Shown: piece after piece, positions 39,951 through 52,270 of the stretch
Layout: each line of letters begins with the position of its first letter
How positions within the stretch are numbered: the first letter of the stretch is position 1
Assembly (NCBI RefSeq): GCF_000150275.1
Contig: NW_002060944.1
Coordinates: 3,972,123-4,036,122, forward strand
Source: Trichoplax adhaerens
Lineage: Eukaryota > Animalia > Placozoa
Length of the DNA: 64,000 nt
Direction of reading: 5' to 3'
Program-made: the position numbers and the translations under genes
Notes under the pieces: model-generated
Database searches by the model: none
What the model was told of the DNA's origin: nothing
What the model saw: the letters and a program-made list of their open reading frames with translations, nothing else

Positions 39951-42501
39951 TTATTTACGTGATGATAATCCATATATTTGAACAGTGCCAGCATCTCGAT
40001 CATGCTTGTCCTAATTGAACAAATAAGAATTTAAAATCCTTTTGGTAACCTTCTCATACCATCAAATACATTCATTCACATCCACTACCTTGTCATCACA
40101 AGCAAACGCTAGTAATGGTTTATTAGGACTCCATGCGACAGCAAATGTTGGAGCATTACAACCAACTTCAGCAACATGTTCACCAGTTTGAATATGCGAC
40201 TAGAATTTAAGAAAGTAATCAGTACATTTGTAATACCAAAAAACCAATAAAAGATTAAAACCTACAATATCAATAGCGAGATCCTCTGATCCTGATGCCA
40301 AAAGTCTACTATCATAGCTAAAGCTAACAGTTCTGACGGGCCAGCTATGAGAAATAACCAGTTTAATTATTATGAGCCATGGATCATTGACTAGAAATAA
40401 CTTAACGGTTACCGTTCGACCTTCGAATAAACTTACTCTAAACGCGAGAAAGTTCTCAAGCAAACAAGTTCGTCAGTATCCCACAAAGAAACCAAGGCGT
40501 CAGCACTCCCAGTAGCAAAGTACCTAAATATTTTTAGACCGATGTGAAACACTGCTACAAAATTAATTATTACTTAAAACGTTTACAATAAACTTACTTT
40601 CCAGTTAAATCAAATTTAAGACAAATACAATTAGCGGGATGAGCTTTCAGAGACTGTACAAATTCTAGATCAGGGTATCTGCATAAATAGGTTACAAAAA
40701 AAATTTACAACATCTCTTGATGCTAGAACTTAAATTACAGTCTTGTACTCGTATAAAGTCCGAATCCTTTGAATATTGATAATTACCTTAAAATATCTAT
40801 GCAGCCGTGACCATTGGACATAAAAAATAAATCGCTACATCGATTCCAAGAAATCTCATTGACCTATAAGTAGCATATTTACAATCGTTATGGTACAAAT
40901 TCCTACATAGATCGTCCATTGAACACATCAATTTTCTAGAGGGCACTTTAAAAGAAGAAAGGGGAGAATAATAGTACCTCTATCTTACAACTGTGTTCTT
41001 TAACAATTTCGAAACTTTCCGCATCAATAAAAGTTATGAGATCATCCTAGCCAATGTGCAACGATTTAAAATTATGATAAAACCGTCGTCATAATGATGA
41101 TGATAATAACTGTACATCAATTAGGGTTACCTTATTGCCGATAGCAATAGATTTCCCATCGGAACTCCAAGTAACATTAATATTTTCTCCTTTCGTTGTT
41201 TTACTATGTACACATCTATTAACTATATATATAGTTTGTGAGATTACCTATTTCGTCCTTGAATATGAGACTTAGACTATGCCTAAAGAACTACTTTAGT
41301 AAAAATAAGCTAAAATGAAAAATTCAATTACAATGCCTTACTTCGAGCGTCCCACATTTTCACAGTTTTGTCAGTAGATGCAGTAATTAACAGATTTTGA
41401 TTATGTGGATGCCAACACAACTGATCAACGCTTTCGTCATGACCTTTACAATTTGCTACAACTTTCTAAAAGTACAAAAATCATCGAACGTTAAGAACTG
41501 GCGTAGGGAAATGAAGGCCGTGAAAGATGGTGTCTTCAATATAATTAATATAAAACAAGGCTAAAAAGGTAAACGAAACATTTTGTAATTCACCAACCGC
41601 TGTTTCATTATCAACATTATAAATAGAGACAGTCCTATCAAATGAGCCAGTAGCAAGTCTAGTTCCACAGCAACTCCAACCAACAGCATGGACCTATCGA
41701 AATTAATATTCGATGTGAGTCATATTCAATTTATTTATCTTTATTGCATTGCGTAGTAAATGATTGCATTTATCAACATTCCCTAAGCCCGAATTGAGAT
41801 GTCCAATAGAAAGGTAGAATCTGTAAACTAGAAGTATGCCTATTATACGGTAACTTGGATATAGTAAAAGAGTGGTTTTATCAAATATACTTCAATACTT
41901 CATGCTGCAATAGCATAACGAATTTACGTGCATAAATCAATTTATTAATATGACAGCGGTGCAATTATTTATAATCAATTACTTGGATAAGGACAGATCC
42001 GATAGTTATCAAAATAGCTTTTAACTACCAATACCGTACAGTAATTTAGCAGTTTATTCAGTCAATAATCATGATATTACTAGTGTATGAGAGTAAAGCT
42101 ATCTTCCTGTAGACAGGCGAATAAAATCTTCACATAACGTAAGGTTACATTGCAGAGGTATGCAAGACATTTTGATTCTACTCTCTCTTATCCCTGATTG
42201 GCACATTAATGAATTAGGCTCAAAAAATGCTACTAACACGTACCACGAGTATCTGCAATTCATTAATTCTATCATGCAAGAGCCAGAATATGGTACTGTA
42301 TATCCATGCAAGCCGAATATAATGATTAATACTCTGTTATCCTACGAATAATATTATTATCCAGATACGAAAACTAACTTTAGCTTCATGTCCTTGTACT
42401 TCTAATCTACCGTTATGTCTGGCGAAATACTCTCGTTGGCGCTTTAAATCCACCCAATGCTCCTCCAATTCACGGCTATTACTATTCAATAACTCCATCA
42501 T
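39951..42501 (-). CDS. THOC3: THO complex subunit 3 (TEX1), WD40-repeat protein, ~11 exons
   Basis: Motifs GHEAKVHAVGWSCCGTRLATGSFDRT, GHDESVDQLCWHP, TKGENINVTWSSDG, AHPANCICLKFD, ATGSADALVSLWD, WPVRTVSFSYD and LLAFACDDKDKHDRDAGTV. Stop TAA at 39951-39953. Confidence 0.94.
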
Positions 42502-42785
42502 CGAATAGTATTCCTCTTTAACAGCAGTAAATAGGTTAATATTGACCAAAGCTGATAGTTTGTTGCTGTGCTCCAATCTTGAAACGATTGAACAGGCAAA
42601 ATCTCCACAGCAACTCTACCAGTTCCTTCCTGGACCTGGGCTGCCTCGAAGTCTCGTCGCCATACTGTACTCAGTATACTGTATGAAAAAGGACCATAGC
42701 TAGCATACAGTATATAGCATACAGTGTACAGTGTGCAGCCTACAGTATAAGTGTACACTGTACACTCTGGTACTGAGTGTACTGA

Positions 42786-43120
42786 CAGTGTACACTGTTC
42801 ACTATAGAGAAATGGTGGCCGTCAATTCTGGAAGCGGAAAGGTGGCCGAATCAATGTCTCTCTCTTCCGAATTGATTGCCTTCGTATATTGCAAATCGTA
42901 TAATGCCAATTGAATATACCAAAGTAGCTGATCCAACATAATATCGAGATATCTGAACAGTGTACACTGTACAGTTTATAGAAATGGTGGCCGAATCAAT
43001 GTCTCTCTTCCGAATTGATTGCCTTTATTATTTTAATCATCGTAGGCAGAGAAAGAAGGCAAATCGTATCATGCCAATTGAATATACCAAAGTAGCTGAT
43101 CTAACATAATATCGAGATAT
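42786..43120. repeat. Two-copy ~170-bp duplication upstream of THOC3
   Basis: ACAGTGTACACTGT...GAAATGGTGGCCG..AATCAATGTCTCTCT...CATAATATCGAGATAT occurs twice. Confidence 0.9.
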
Positions 43121-43356
43121 TGGGAAGAACGTCTAGTACAGTATAACCCTAAAACAATGCCAGTATCAATGGATAGACATAGCGCATGGTTTGAGCTACC
43201 CAAACTGTTTAGTATTAGACCGATCCAATCTTACTCATTTCGTTAGGACATAAAATATCCTTCTTACTGTTAATAACAGTAAAGTCGATTTTAAAAATGA
43301 AATCATTTCATTGGAAACACCATTTGCCATTGCATTTGATAACAGATTAATAAAAG

Positions 43357-44030
43357 TAAATAAATTCGTCAAGATTTACAGTACTGCATACTGCATTTAA
43401 TTTTAGCATAGGCTGACTCTGGGATTTGTTCGCAACTATATCCGAATAAGGAAATGAAACCCTTTGAATTCTAATTATAATATGTATATAATTAGTAGCA
43501 CAAAAAGCAAATAAATTCGTCAAGATTTACAGCACTGTACAGTATACTGCATTTAATTTTGGCATAGGCTAACTCTGGGATTTGTCCGCAACTACATCCG
43601 AATAAGGAAATAAAACCCTTCGAATTCTAATTAGAATATGTATATAGTTAGTAGCACAAAATCTCATTCTACGAACGGGCAACTACTACGTGAACAAACA
43701 TAATTTATAAGAAAAAATCCTTTGAATTATAATTATATGTATCTATAGTTATTAGCACAAAATCTCATTCTACAAACAGTTAGCCACTACATGAACTAAC
43801 GTAATTTATAAGAAAAAAATCCTTTGAATTTTAATTACATGTACTGTATATATAGTTATTAGCGCAAATCTCATTCTACGTACGGTTAGCCACTACATGC
43901 ACTAACGTAATTTATAAGAAAAAAATCCTTTGAATTTTAATGATATGTATATATAGTTATTAGCGCAAATCTCATTCTACAAACGGTTAGCCCCTACAAT
44001 GAACTAGCGTCATTTAAAAGAAAAAAAAAC
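43357..44030. repeat. Compound tandem repeats: 2 x ~150 bp overlapping 3-4 x ~115-120 bp
   Basis: AAATAAATTCGTCAAGATTTACAG occurs twice, then AAATCTCATTCTAC four times. Both families share CCTTTGAATT..TATATA..TAGCACAAA. Confidence 0.9.
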
Positions 44031-45510
44031 TTAAATAGCAAGAAAAAATTTCAATTTCAAACTTCTTTACTGTACTTGTATTCTCGATTGACTCAGTAAA
44101 AGGAATAATAATTTGAAGGAGACCTAACACTAAGTAAATAGTTTGACATGCATATACCTGTAATTATGTACAAGAACAACCAGAGTATTTACGTTATAGC
44201 AGCAATGGTGAAATCCGAACTAGATGTCATTCCAACACAAAGACACGCAATAGACTTATATGCTCAATATATTGCAAAAATTTATTACTATTAAAATCAT
44301 AGCAAAGCAATTAGAAATGACAACTTTCTTAGGTCTTGGTAGACCTTAGCCCTTTGATGAACAGTTCGATGGCAATTTCGCTATATTAAATTTCTTTGAA
44401 TGAGTAGCAGCAGACGAAAGGAGTTAGAAACATTGCATGAACTCAATATACAACGTTTATACGAGTACACCAACAGAAACTAATTATCATTAAAATTAGA
44501 GCTAGACAACCAGAACTGAAACTACTTTAGTTATTGGATAAAGGCTTTGGTCGCCATTCCAATGATTTTCAGTTTATCTCTATTGAGTAATGTATGGTAA
44601 GTAGCTGAAATCATTACAAGTAATAGATCTATCTAGTAACAACAGACCAAAGAAGTAGCCACTTAATATTAACTATGTTATTGATCTTTGTTATATACGC
44701 ATATCATTATCCAATCATTAACATGAGTTAATTAAATTGGCTAGTAGTGAAAAAATGGAGGAAGGATGATTCCTCTGTAGCACGGCCAGTAATGCCAAAT
44801 AAATAGATAAAATTGCATCTAATATATGAATAGTATTGACGGCTGTGCAATAAAGATTTAAATGAATCCATCCGAGTTATCATCATCATAAAATAAGTAT
44901 GCTATAATTTCTTAAATTCTAATAAGTGAAATTTATTCGTACCTAATACAATTTGCTTTATTGCTCTTGTTGAGTGTATGAAGATGCTATGTATTAACAT
45001 CTTACAATTAAATCCCTTCATTTCTTGTAGTTATCACTGCTAAAGTATAACTTCACTCTTACCTCTAACTGATCATCTATAAAAATATATTAATTCTGGT
45101 ACACTGTACACCTTAGGTTGACCAGGTTAAACAAATTTTAAAAATGGATAAAAATTGCTAATTTGAGAAGTACTTTCAGCAGGTTGAAAGCGTAATCATA
45201 GCATTTTTGATTCACAATTATCAACAGTATTTTTACGGAAGATTTTATCCTATATTAATAAGACGTACAAAATATATATTGAAATAGTAATAGAATAGTT
45301 TTACTCCTTATCATACACTAGTTTGATAACTTTATTATCTAGCTCTTTTATATCATTATTTACAATATTGTCTGCGAAAATAATCACCACTAAATGTCCT
45401 CCAGCATTATTGTTTTACCGGAAAAATTAATTTTGTTACTAGAGATTATTCATTAATGCATGGAACTAGCTGTCTAGATTTAGCTCTCAGTATAAAATAA
45501 TCCTAAAAAT

Positions 45511-46410
45511 TTAATAATGTGTAATATAAAATGATTTACATATCACTTTGGTGCCATCTATTGGAGATAGCTTATTAAACTGAATCACAAATTCGCCACA
45601 CAGTTTCTGAACATGAATAATATTCTTCTTGTTATCCCCATATAGACGCAATCGCATGATCATATTTGGTAGCATTGCCTTAGTTATTCCTTGGAACGTA
45701 GCTGTTTCGTTAATAACTCCATTAATTAAGGAACAAGTTTTAGTCTTAAATCTCCTTTTCTTAACTTCATCTTGTACTAATCCATGTATTGAAATAGTAT
45801 CCAAATTCAATTTGTCAGAAATGTTGATAACTTTGATAAAATGCATCTTTAATATGGTAGAAAATGCATTAAAAAATACTGTAAACTGCACTTGTCCAAT
45901 TTTATTATTCTTGTTGGAAGGAAGAACGGAATTTTTACCCATCTTTTGGCGGATATCCTCCGTCATCGATGATGATCTCGATCTCGTATTTGAATTACGG
46001 CTAAACCCCTGAAAAGAAACACTATGGGACACCTTGTCTGGATTTTTGTTCAGATCTTCGCTATCGATAGAATCTTGGGTACTACCATTTGATATTAAGC
46101 ACTCTGAAGAATTGGTCCATTCAGTCGGTGTATTCGCCACTACTGGCTCAAAAGATGTTTTAGGATTAATCCTATTCAATAAGGAAGCTTGTATTGATTG
46201 AAAGTAGTTATCATTGTTTGTTAATCTACTCAGATATGATTGGGAGTCCATGCTATAGTTCATCTTTTCATCTTCAATTAGGCAATTTAGCGTTTCATCG
46301 GATTTTATCATTAAACGGTTCTTATAGTAGACAAAGATAACGCAAGCAATCGCAATGATAAGCATGCCAACATTTTCGAATAGATCCATAGTTATGATTC
46401 CGTACAGCAT
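45511..46410 (-). CDS. Synaptotagmin-14/16-like membrane protein with one C2 domain (uninterrupted ORF, 299 aa)
   Basis: N-terminal hydrophobic segment VGMLIIAIACVIFVYY followed by basic residues, a Ser-rich linker, and a C-terminal C2 fold (IGQVQFTVFF..KRRFKTK..INETATF..MRLRLYG..LCGEFVIQFNKL) resembling SYT14/16 C2A. Confidence 0.7.
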   Translation of the reverse strand: MLYGIITMDLFENVGMLIIAIACVIFVYYKNRLMIKSDETLNCLIEDEKMNYSMDSQSYLSRLTNNDNYFQSIQASLLNRINPKTSFEPVVANTPTEWTNSSECLISNGSTQDSIDSEDLNKNPDKVSHSVSFQGFSRNSNTRSRSSSMTEDIRQKMGKNSVLPSNKNNKIGQVQFTVFFNAFSTILKMHFIKVINISDKLNLDTISIHGLVQDEVKKRRFKTKTCSLINGVINETATFQGITKAMLPNMIMRLRLYGDNKKNIIHVQKLCGEFVIQFNKLSPIDGTKVICKSFYITHY

Positions 46411-49400
46411 CTTGCCTAAAACTTCCTAAGGAGTTTTTAAACATATATATTGTAGCCGTCGTACCTGCAAAATAGGCAATATGTCCTTTATAAATAGCGT
46501 ATAAAAGTTTATAATCCTATCAAGACTGTATCTAATCTACTATGCAAAACTTTAATTTTAAAATAGCGTCATGCCATAAAAAATATCACAACAATTACAC
46601 GATAAAGTAGAAAGTATTAATGATTCAATAACCACCTAGCTAGTAGTACCGTTCAGCCCATAATAAATTGATTTAAAGAGAAGTAAAATTTACGAAATTT
46701 AAGGTAGAAATTTCTTCATCTACGATAACCTTAATTTCTATATTATCTTTCGTAGCAGGATCTAAACCTAAGAATAATGGTGCAACTTTTCCGTATATAA
46801 CGCAAGCACGTATGTAACGAACAACATCCATGTACAATTAATCATCATTTAATCTTAAAAGAATAATTGGTTAACAAATTTAGCTCTAACTGCCTTATAC
46901 ATATTATAGAAATATATTCCTCATCACTTCACCAATCTCTGAGGAATAACTCACCAATAGATTTATTTAAATCGTTAGGGCTATTCTATATTATCTTACT
47001 AGAGCACTTTGGGAATAAAAGTAACCTTAACTATCAAGTGAAACACTTAAAGTTATTTTTTAAGAATTAATTAACACCATATACAGTAATTTTCTCGGCA
47101 CCCTAAATACCTTTTGTAATCAGCAATTAAGTCGTAAAATCTGCTCTCATGTTGATAATAAAATATAAAAATTGTCAAAGTACTACCTGTAACGCTACCT
47201 AAACTAAACTGTAAGTTCTTTATTATTATTCATATGATAGGCCTCTTTTAATTCTATGATAACAATCTATTTACATCTACTGAGAACATAAATATTTTTA
47301 TTCCGTTGTTAGATTTTACATTATGTAACATCATTCTCATACTAATTAAAAGGCTAAACTAGAACAAAAAAAACATGATTTCAGCAATAGATCCATCAGC
47401 AATGGTAATTCTATCCAATCCAACGAATTTATTAGACTATTAGGATACTATAATAAGTTGGTGTATAATAGAAGCTTACATAGAAGAGATAATGAATGAT
47501 TTTGGTTCCACTTTTTAAGAATTCAATTTTAATGTAAAAAGGAATTAAAATATTAATTTTATATGATTGCAATTTTCAGTGCCTCTGATGTTTCTTGATT
47601 TGCGTTAAAGATGAAGCTTAACATGATTAAATTATTTAATGACGACATTTCAAAGGATTTACTACTGATTACAGCCTTTTGTTATTTGATAGATTATGTT
47701 AATTTATTCAAATTGAAATCAGCCTGCTATCCCGTAGAATAATGATTTTCCTGATATATTATTATGGCAATAAAGTCTTAATAGTTATAACTATTTATTA
47801 CCACTTTACTTTCTACCTATATAACATCTTAAAGCTTGTTAGTACATAACTTGGATTATCAACATAAATCATCTCTATGATTTTTAATTCCCTCATCCTA
47901 ATTTTATAACAGTCTACAGGTATATACCAATAGAAATTCTTCTGAGTAACTGTACGAGAAACAGTGAAAGTAATAGTTCTAGAAATTTTCATTAAATGTT
48001 TTAATGAAAATGGTAAACTGTTTATCGATTGAACTTGTTGCAAAATGGCAAAATTAGAAATGTGATCAACTGATTTTTGTATCACAGGCTTCTTTTCTCG
48101 TACTAGCAATAGCATATTATCACATTACTGTAATGATTTACGTCGTCTTTGAAATTTTTACGCAAGATTTCAGGTGTCTCCGCTTCTTGGATATACTTAT
48201 GTGTTGGTAATGAGATTGTTCAGTAATTTTGAAGATATCAATATCAGAATTACGAGCTCAGAATCAAGGAAAGTAAGTCAACTCTATCCTGCCATTTTCT
48301 AGCTAAAGGCAGCTACGTAGGATAAAGGTATATAAAATATGTAAAGTCTATAATGGAACTACTGCAATATATTTTTTAAAGAAAGAAGCTGTATAGCCAC
48401 CCTAATATTATAGTAGCAAAGTTACGATATTCAAGTTACTATTAAGAATAAATCAATTCTACCCTTGCCGATTTCTATAAAATTTTACGGTATCGATGAC
48501 ATGAAAATTAAGTAAATGAATCGAATATAAGAATTCATCACGAAAATATATCTTAAAAATTAAATGCTTGTAAATTAAAGTGTAAGTTTTAGGCTAGACA
48601 TGAATCTCCAGCCAATACATCCAACTAGTTTAAAGTAATGAATTAAAATATACAGAGCCATAGATATAGATAGAAGCTTTTTTGTGATTTCGATGCGAAT
48701 AAAATTTTTAAAATAAAGCTAAGCAATCTTGATTAAATATTATGTTGAATACCTTCCATACCCATATGTTGTCAGAATACAACTATTTAATGAAGATAAT
48801 AGGTATGATCGCAAGATTTACGATACGTCATCCGTTGGGAAGCTAGACGGCCTATTATCTAATCATTTCTTTTTAGGTCTAGACTCCATCTGATCATTTT
48901 TATGAAAGACTGACTTCCATTGCACAACTCTAACTGATCATATTCATGAAAGACTAACTTCTATTACATAAGATAAACGATTAACATGCAGTTTAAATTT
49001 ATAATTATAACAATTTGTTGTCAGTTGTCGTCATGTAATTATTATCCAGTGATAGTTTTCAAGACTATTAGCCATTGTGAAAGATTACTGCGTTTATTGA
49101 TAGAAACTATTTCGAAAAAAGTTATCATACACGAGCAATCTGTTATGCGTTATAGCCTTAAATAAAATGGATGTTAGCCTTAAGAAATATTTTTTTTCTT
49201 ACTTTTAGTAATTAAAAAATATACACTAGTTGCTAGATTACGAACCAAAATCTAGTAGCGCCAAGTTAAATAATCAAGTTATTTTCTCGTACGTTTACAT
49301 TAAACATTTTTTGATTAAAATTTAAATCCTACGGTACCTTAAAGAAGTGATCCTACATCAGTAGTGAGAATTCAGCTCGGGAATTATAATCATAAAAGTT

Positions 49401-52270
49401 TTTAATCACTATGTAACCGAAAGAAAGGAATTGTTGACGTAAATTTCCTTTTAAATCCTTTCCAAAATTACGCGGAAATACTTCGTGCTACTGTTCACTG
49501 GTATAATATAGATTTGACTTTGACCTAATGAAACATAACTTACACTAGGCCACTATTTATTCTTATCGCAATAGCTTTTACAGCTAGCAGTGTTATAATA
49601 TTCAATGTAAATTAGCCGCGTATCATAATGATTGATAATAACAGCAAGAACCATATGCATATTGATTTATATTACAGCATAAGAGTATAAAAATAGATGT
49701 ACCGTACGGTTAACTAATGATGCGATTCATATTACTGGTCTAAATTCAATCGATGAAGTAGAGGAATGCCAAGTAGGGAGGCCAAGTTAATGTTGTATTG
49801 TATATACATTTAATCTCACATCGTTTCTCCCCATGAGGTATTAATACGGAAGGAAGTGTTCGTAAATTAAATTATTTATATAGTGAAGTACGAGACAATA
49901 ATCTTAATCGGAACAATTTTAAAAGCTCTTTTTGCTGTACAGATGTGCCTAATAAGGTTATATACAATAATAAGAAATACATCAGAATCTGATTGTAAAA
50001 ACAAAATAATGTTTGTTTGTACTGGTGTTGCCGTCGATTTACGTATACACTGATGTGTAATTGACCATTTCGCTGTTAAAGTACAGTACAAAATTTTAGT
50101 AGTATATTTGTACGACCTTCTTACCAGAGAGACATAAAACTTAAACTCTTATGGTAAACAGTTCGGCGTAGGAGTTGCCGCAATACGTAATGCAAACTTT
50201 GAGTAGGATGTACTCCTTCTTTACTAATCCTTCATAGACGGTTACGGATATGATATGATTATAATATTACACTATTACTTATTCTAATTATTATATGCTC
50301 ATTCTCCTATTATCTATTCATATTCTCCAATTCACTATTTTAATATTGAATAGGAATGCTAATGTATCCATTGTGGCTGCATAACTCGTGAGCAAATAAA
50401 ATATGTGCATTAAATAATCTCAACACAGGCGGCATACCACACAGTATACAGTACATTACTGTACTTTTAGATGAATAAATTTAGTATAACGAATGACGAA
50501 CGTACAGTGTGTATATTCTATTAGCTTTATATAAACTTTAAAATGTTTCATACCCTCTTTCTTACCCCTTCCATACCCATTTAGTGTATTGTGGAGAATA
50601 TGCGCTACCCTTAAAATTTTACGGATAAAAATAGATGAATTGTTCCAGACAACCTATAGATGGATATTTATTTACAGACGTGGGATATCTATGTGGATAT
50701 TGGTATCTTAAAATAAGAAGGAAATGAGTTATTTAATACCGCATAACCAATTAAAAATTTCTTCTGCAGATATGAATAACAAGGTTAATATCGTTTCTTA
50801 GTTCTCATTATCTAAGAGATATAACAGAATTTGTACCTGATAATACTTTCAAGATTCCATATATCTCAAAAAAACAAAATATCGAATTCCCATTGTTGTA
50901 TATTCAGAAAAGAAGCAGCTAATTCTACAGTGTATCACAAGTAAAGCAGGCAATATCTTACCATATAGTAGCATGCCAAAAGAAAGCATATAATCAACTA
51001 CAGTATACTATACCCATGATTAAATATACATGTAGATAGAAACAGCTCTAAACTTTTTGATTTTGTCAAAAAGCACAATGCATCTACATTTATACTGAAT
51101 GAAATAGAGCATTAATAATATCTTTATCGATTACAGCTTTAGTTAATCATCTTGTCATAGTGACTAGGTGTATATACATACTACCCCCTCCCCCCATTCG
51201 TTTCTTAATTTCAGCAACTTAAAAATTAATGCTCACTATATGATAACATGATCATTTACAAGCAGTATAATACCCCTAATACATTTCGCCAAGCGATATT
51301 AAACTACTGTACAATGACTCATATATAACATTTCTAACTTTCGCCAAATTGAATACGAACAATACGAAGTTATTGTGAATGCAGCAAACATATTGCATTT
51401 TGTATGATAGGAAAAAAGTCTGTCCTAATGGTACAGTAAAGAAAATGTAATTAATAACTCTTTGATCTGTTTATATAGTATATCAAAAGCGTTGCGTTTA
51501 ACTTCACAAATCTGGTGATTGAGACTTCAATTTCAACTGTAAACGGATACTATTATTACAGAAAATTATATTTGAAAATTTTATCTTCCAGACTTGCTAC
51601 TAGAGGATACAAGCATGTTGTCCTAATGTAGTCACGTGAAATTTTGACTAATGCTTGAAAGGTATAAAGGTAGTATTATATATCGTCCAATTATCAAGTA
51701 ATATTAGATACAGTAATGAAGATGCAATTAATTATCATCACCAACTCGTTCAAATTTTAAACTTTTAAGAGTTATCTAAATGACCTATTATCATCAATTA
51801 GCCGTTCTTTTATAAATTCTAGAAGTCGTTACAACCGATATCGAAAAAATAATAAAATACACATATTCCAAATATTCGAGTCATCATACATATTGTATGA
51901 GAATTTCGACCAATAGCAATCTGGCGCAACCGTGTATCAATTGGAGCCAGAGATAGTTTAATACAGAAAATGATTTATTTACAATTCAGTAGGATATACT
52001 ATCAATAGCAATTGTTTTACTCTAAGGATATAACATTTCTTGCAAAAGATGTGCAGTGCAATTTTTATTTAGTGATTTTTAACATGACCATTATAGTTGG
52101 AAGTATGTGATTTTAGAATGTCACCTAAATATCATAAAATTCTACCAAAAATATACTCATTTCGTAATAGACCTAATTCGAGATTTATAATCATCAATTA
52201 AATTTAGATACTAAATTTTGCAAAGATACTTTATCAAGAAAGTCAAGCTCAAATATATTATCTTAATACT

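Noticed and set aside
47813-48115. 100-aa minus-strand ORF in the 46.5-52.2 kb interval
   Set aside because: No recognisable motif or supporting exon chain. Composition matches intergenic DNA.
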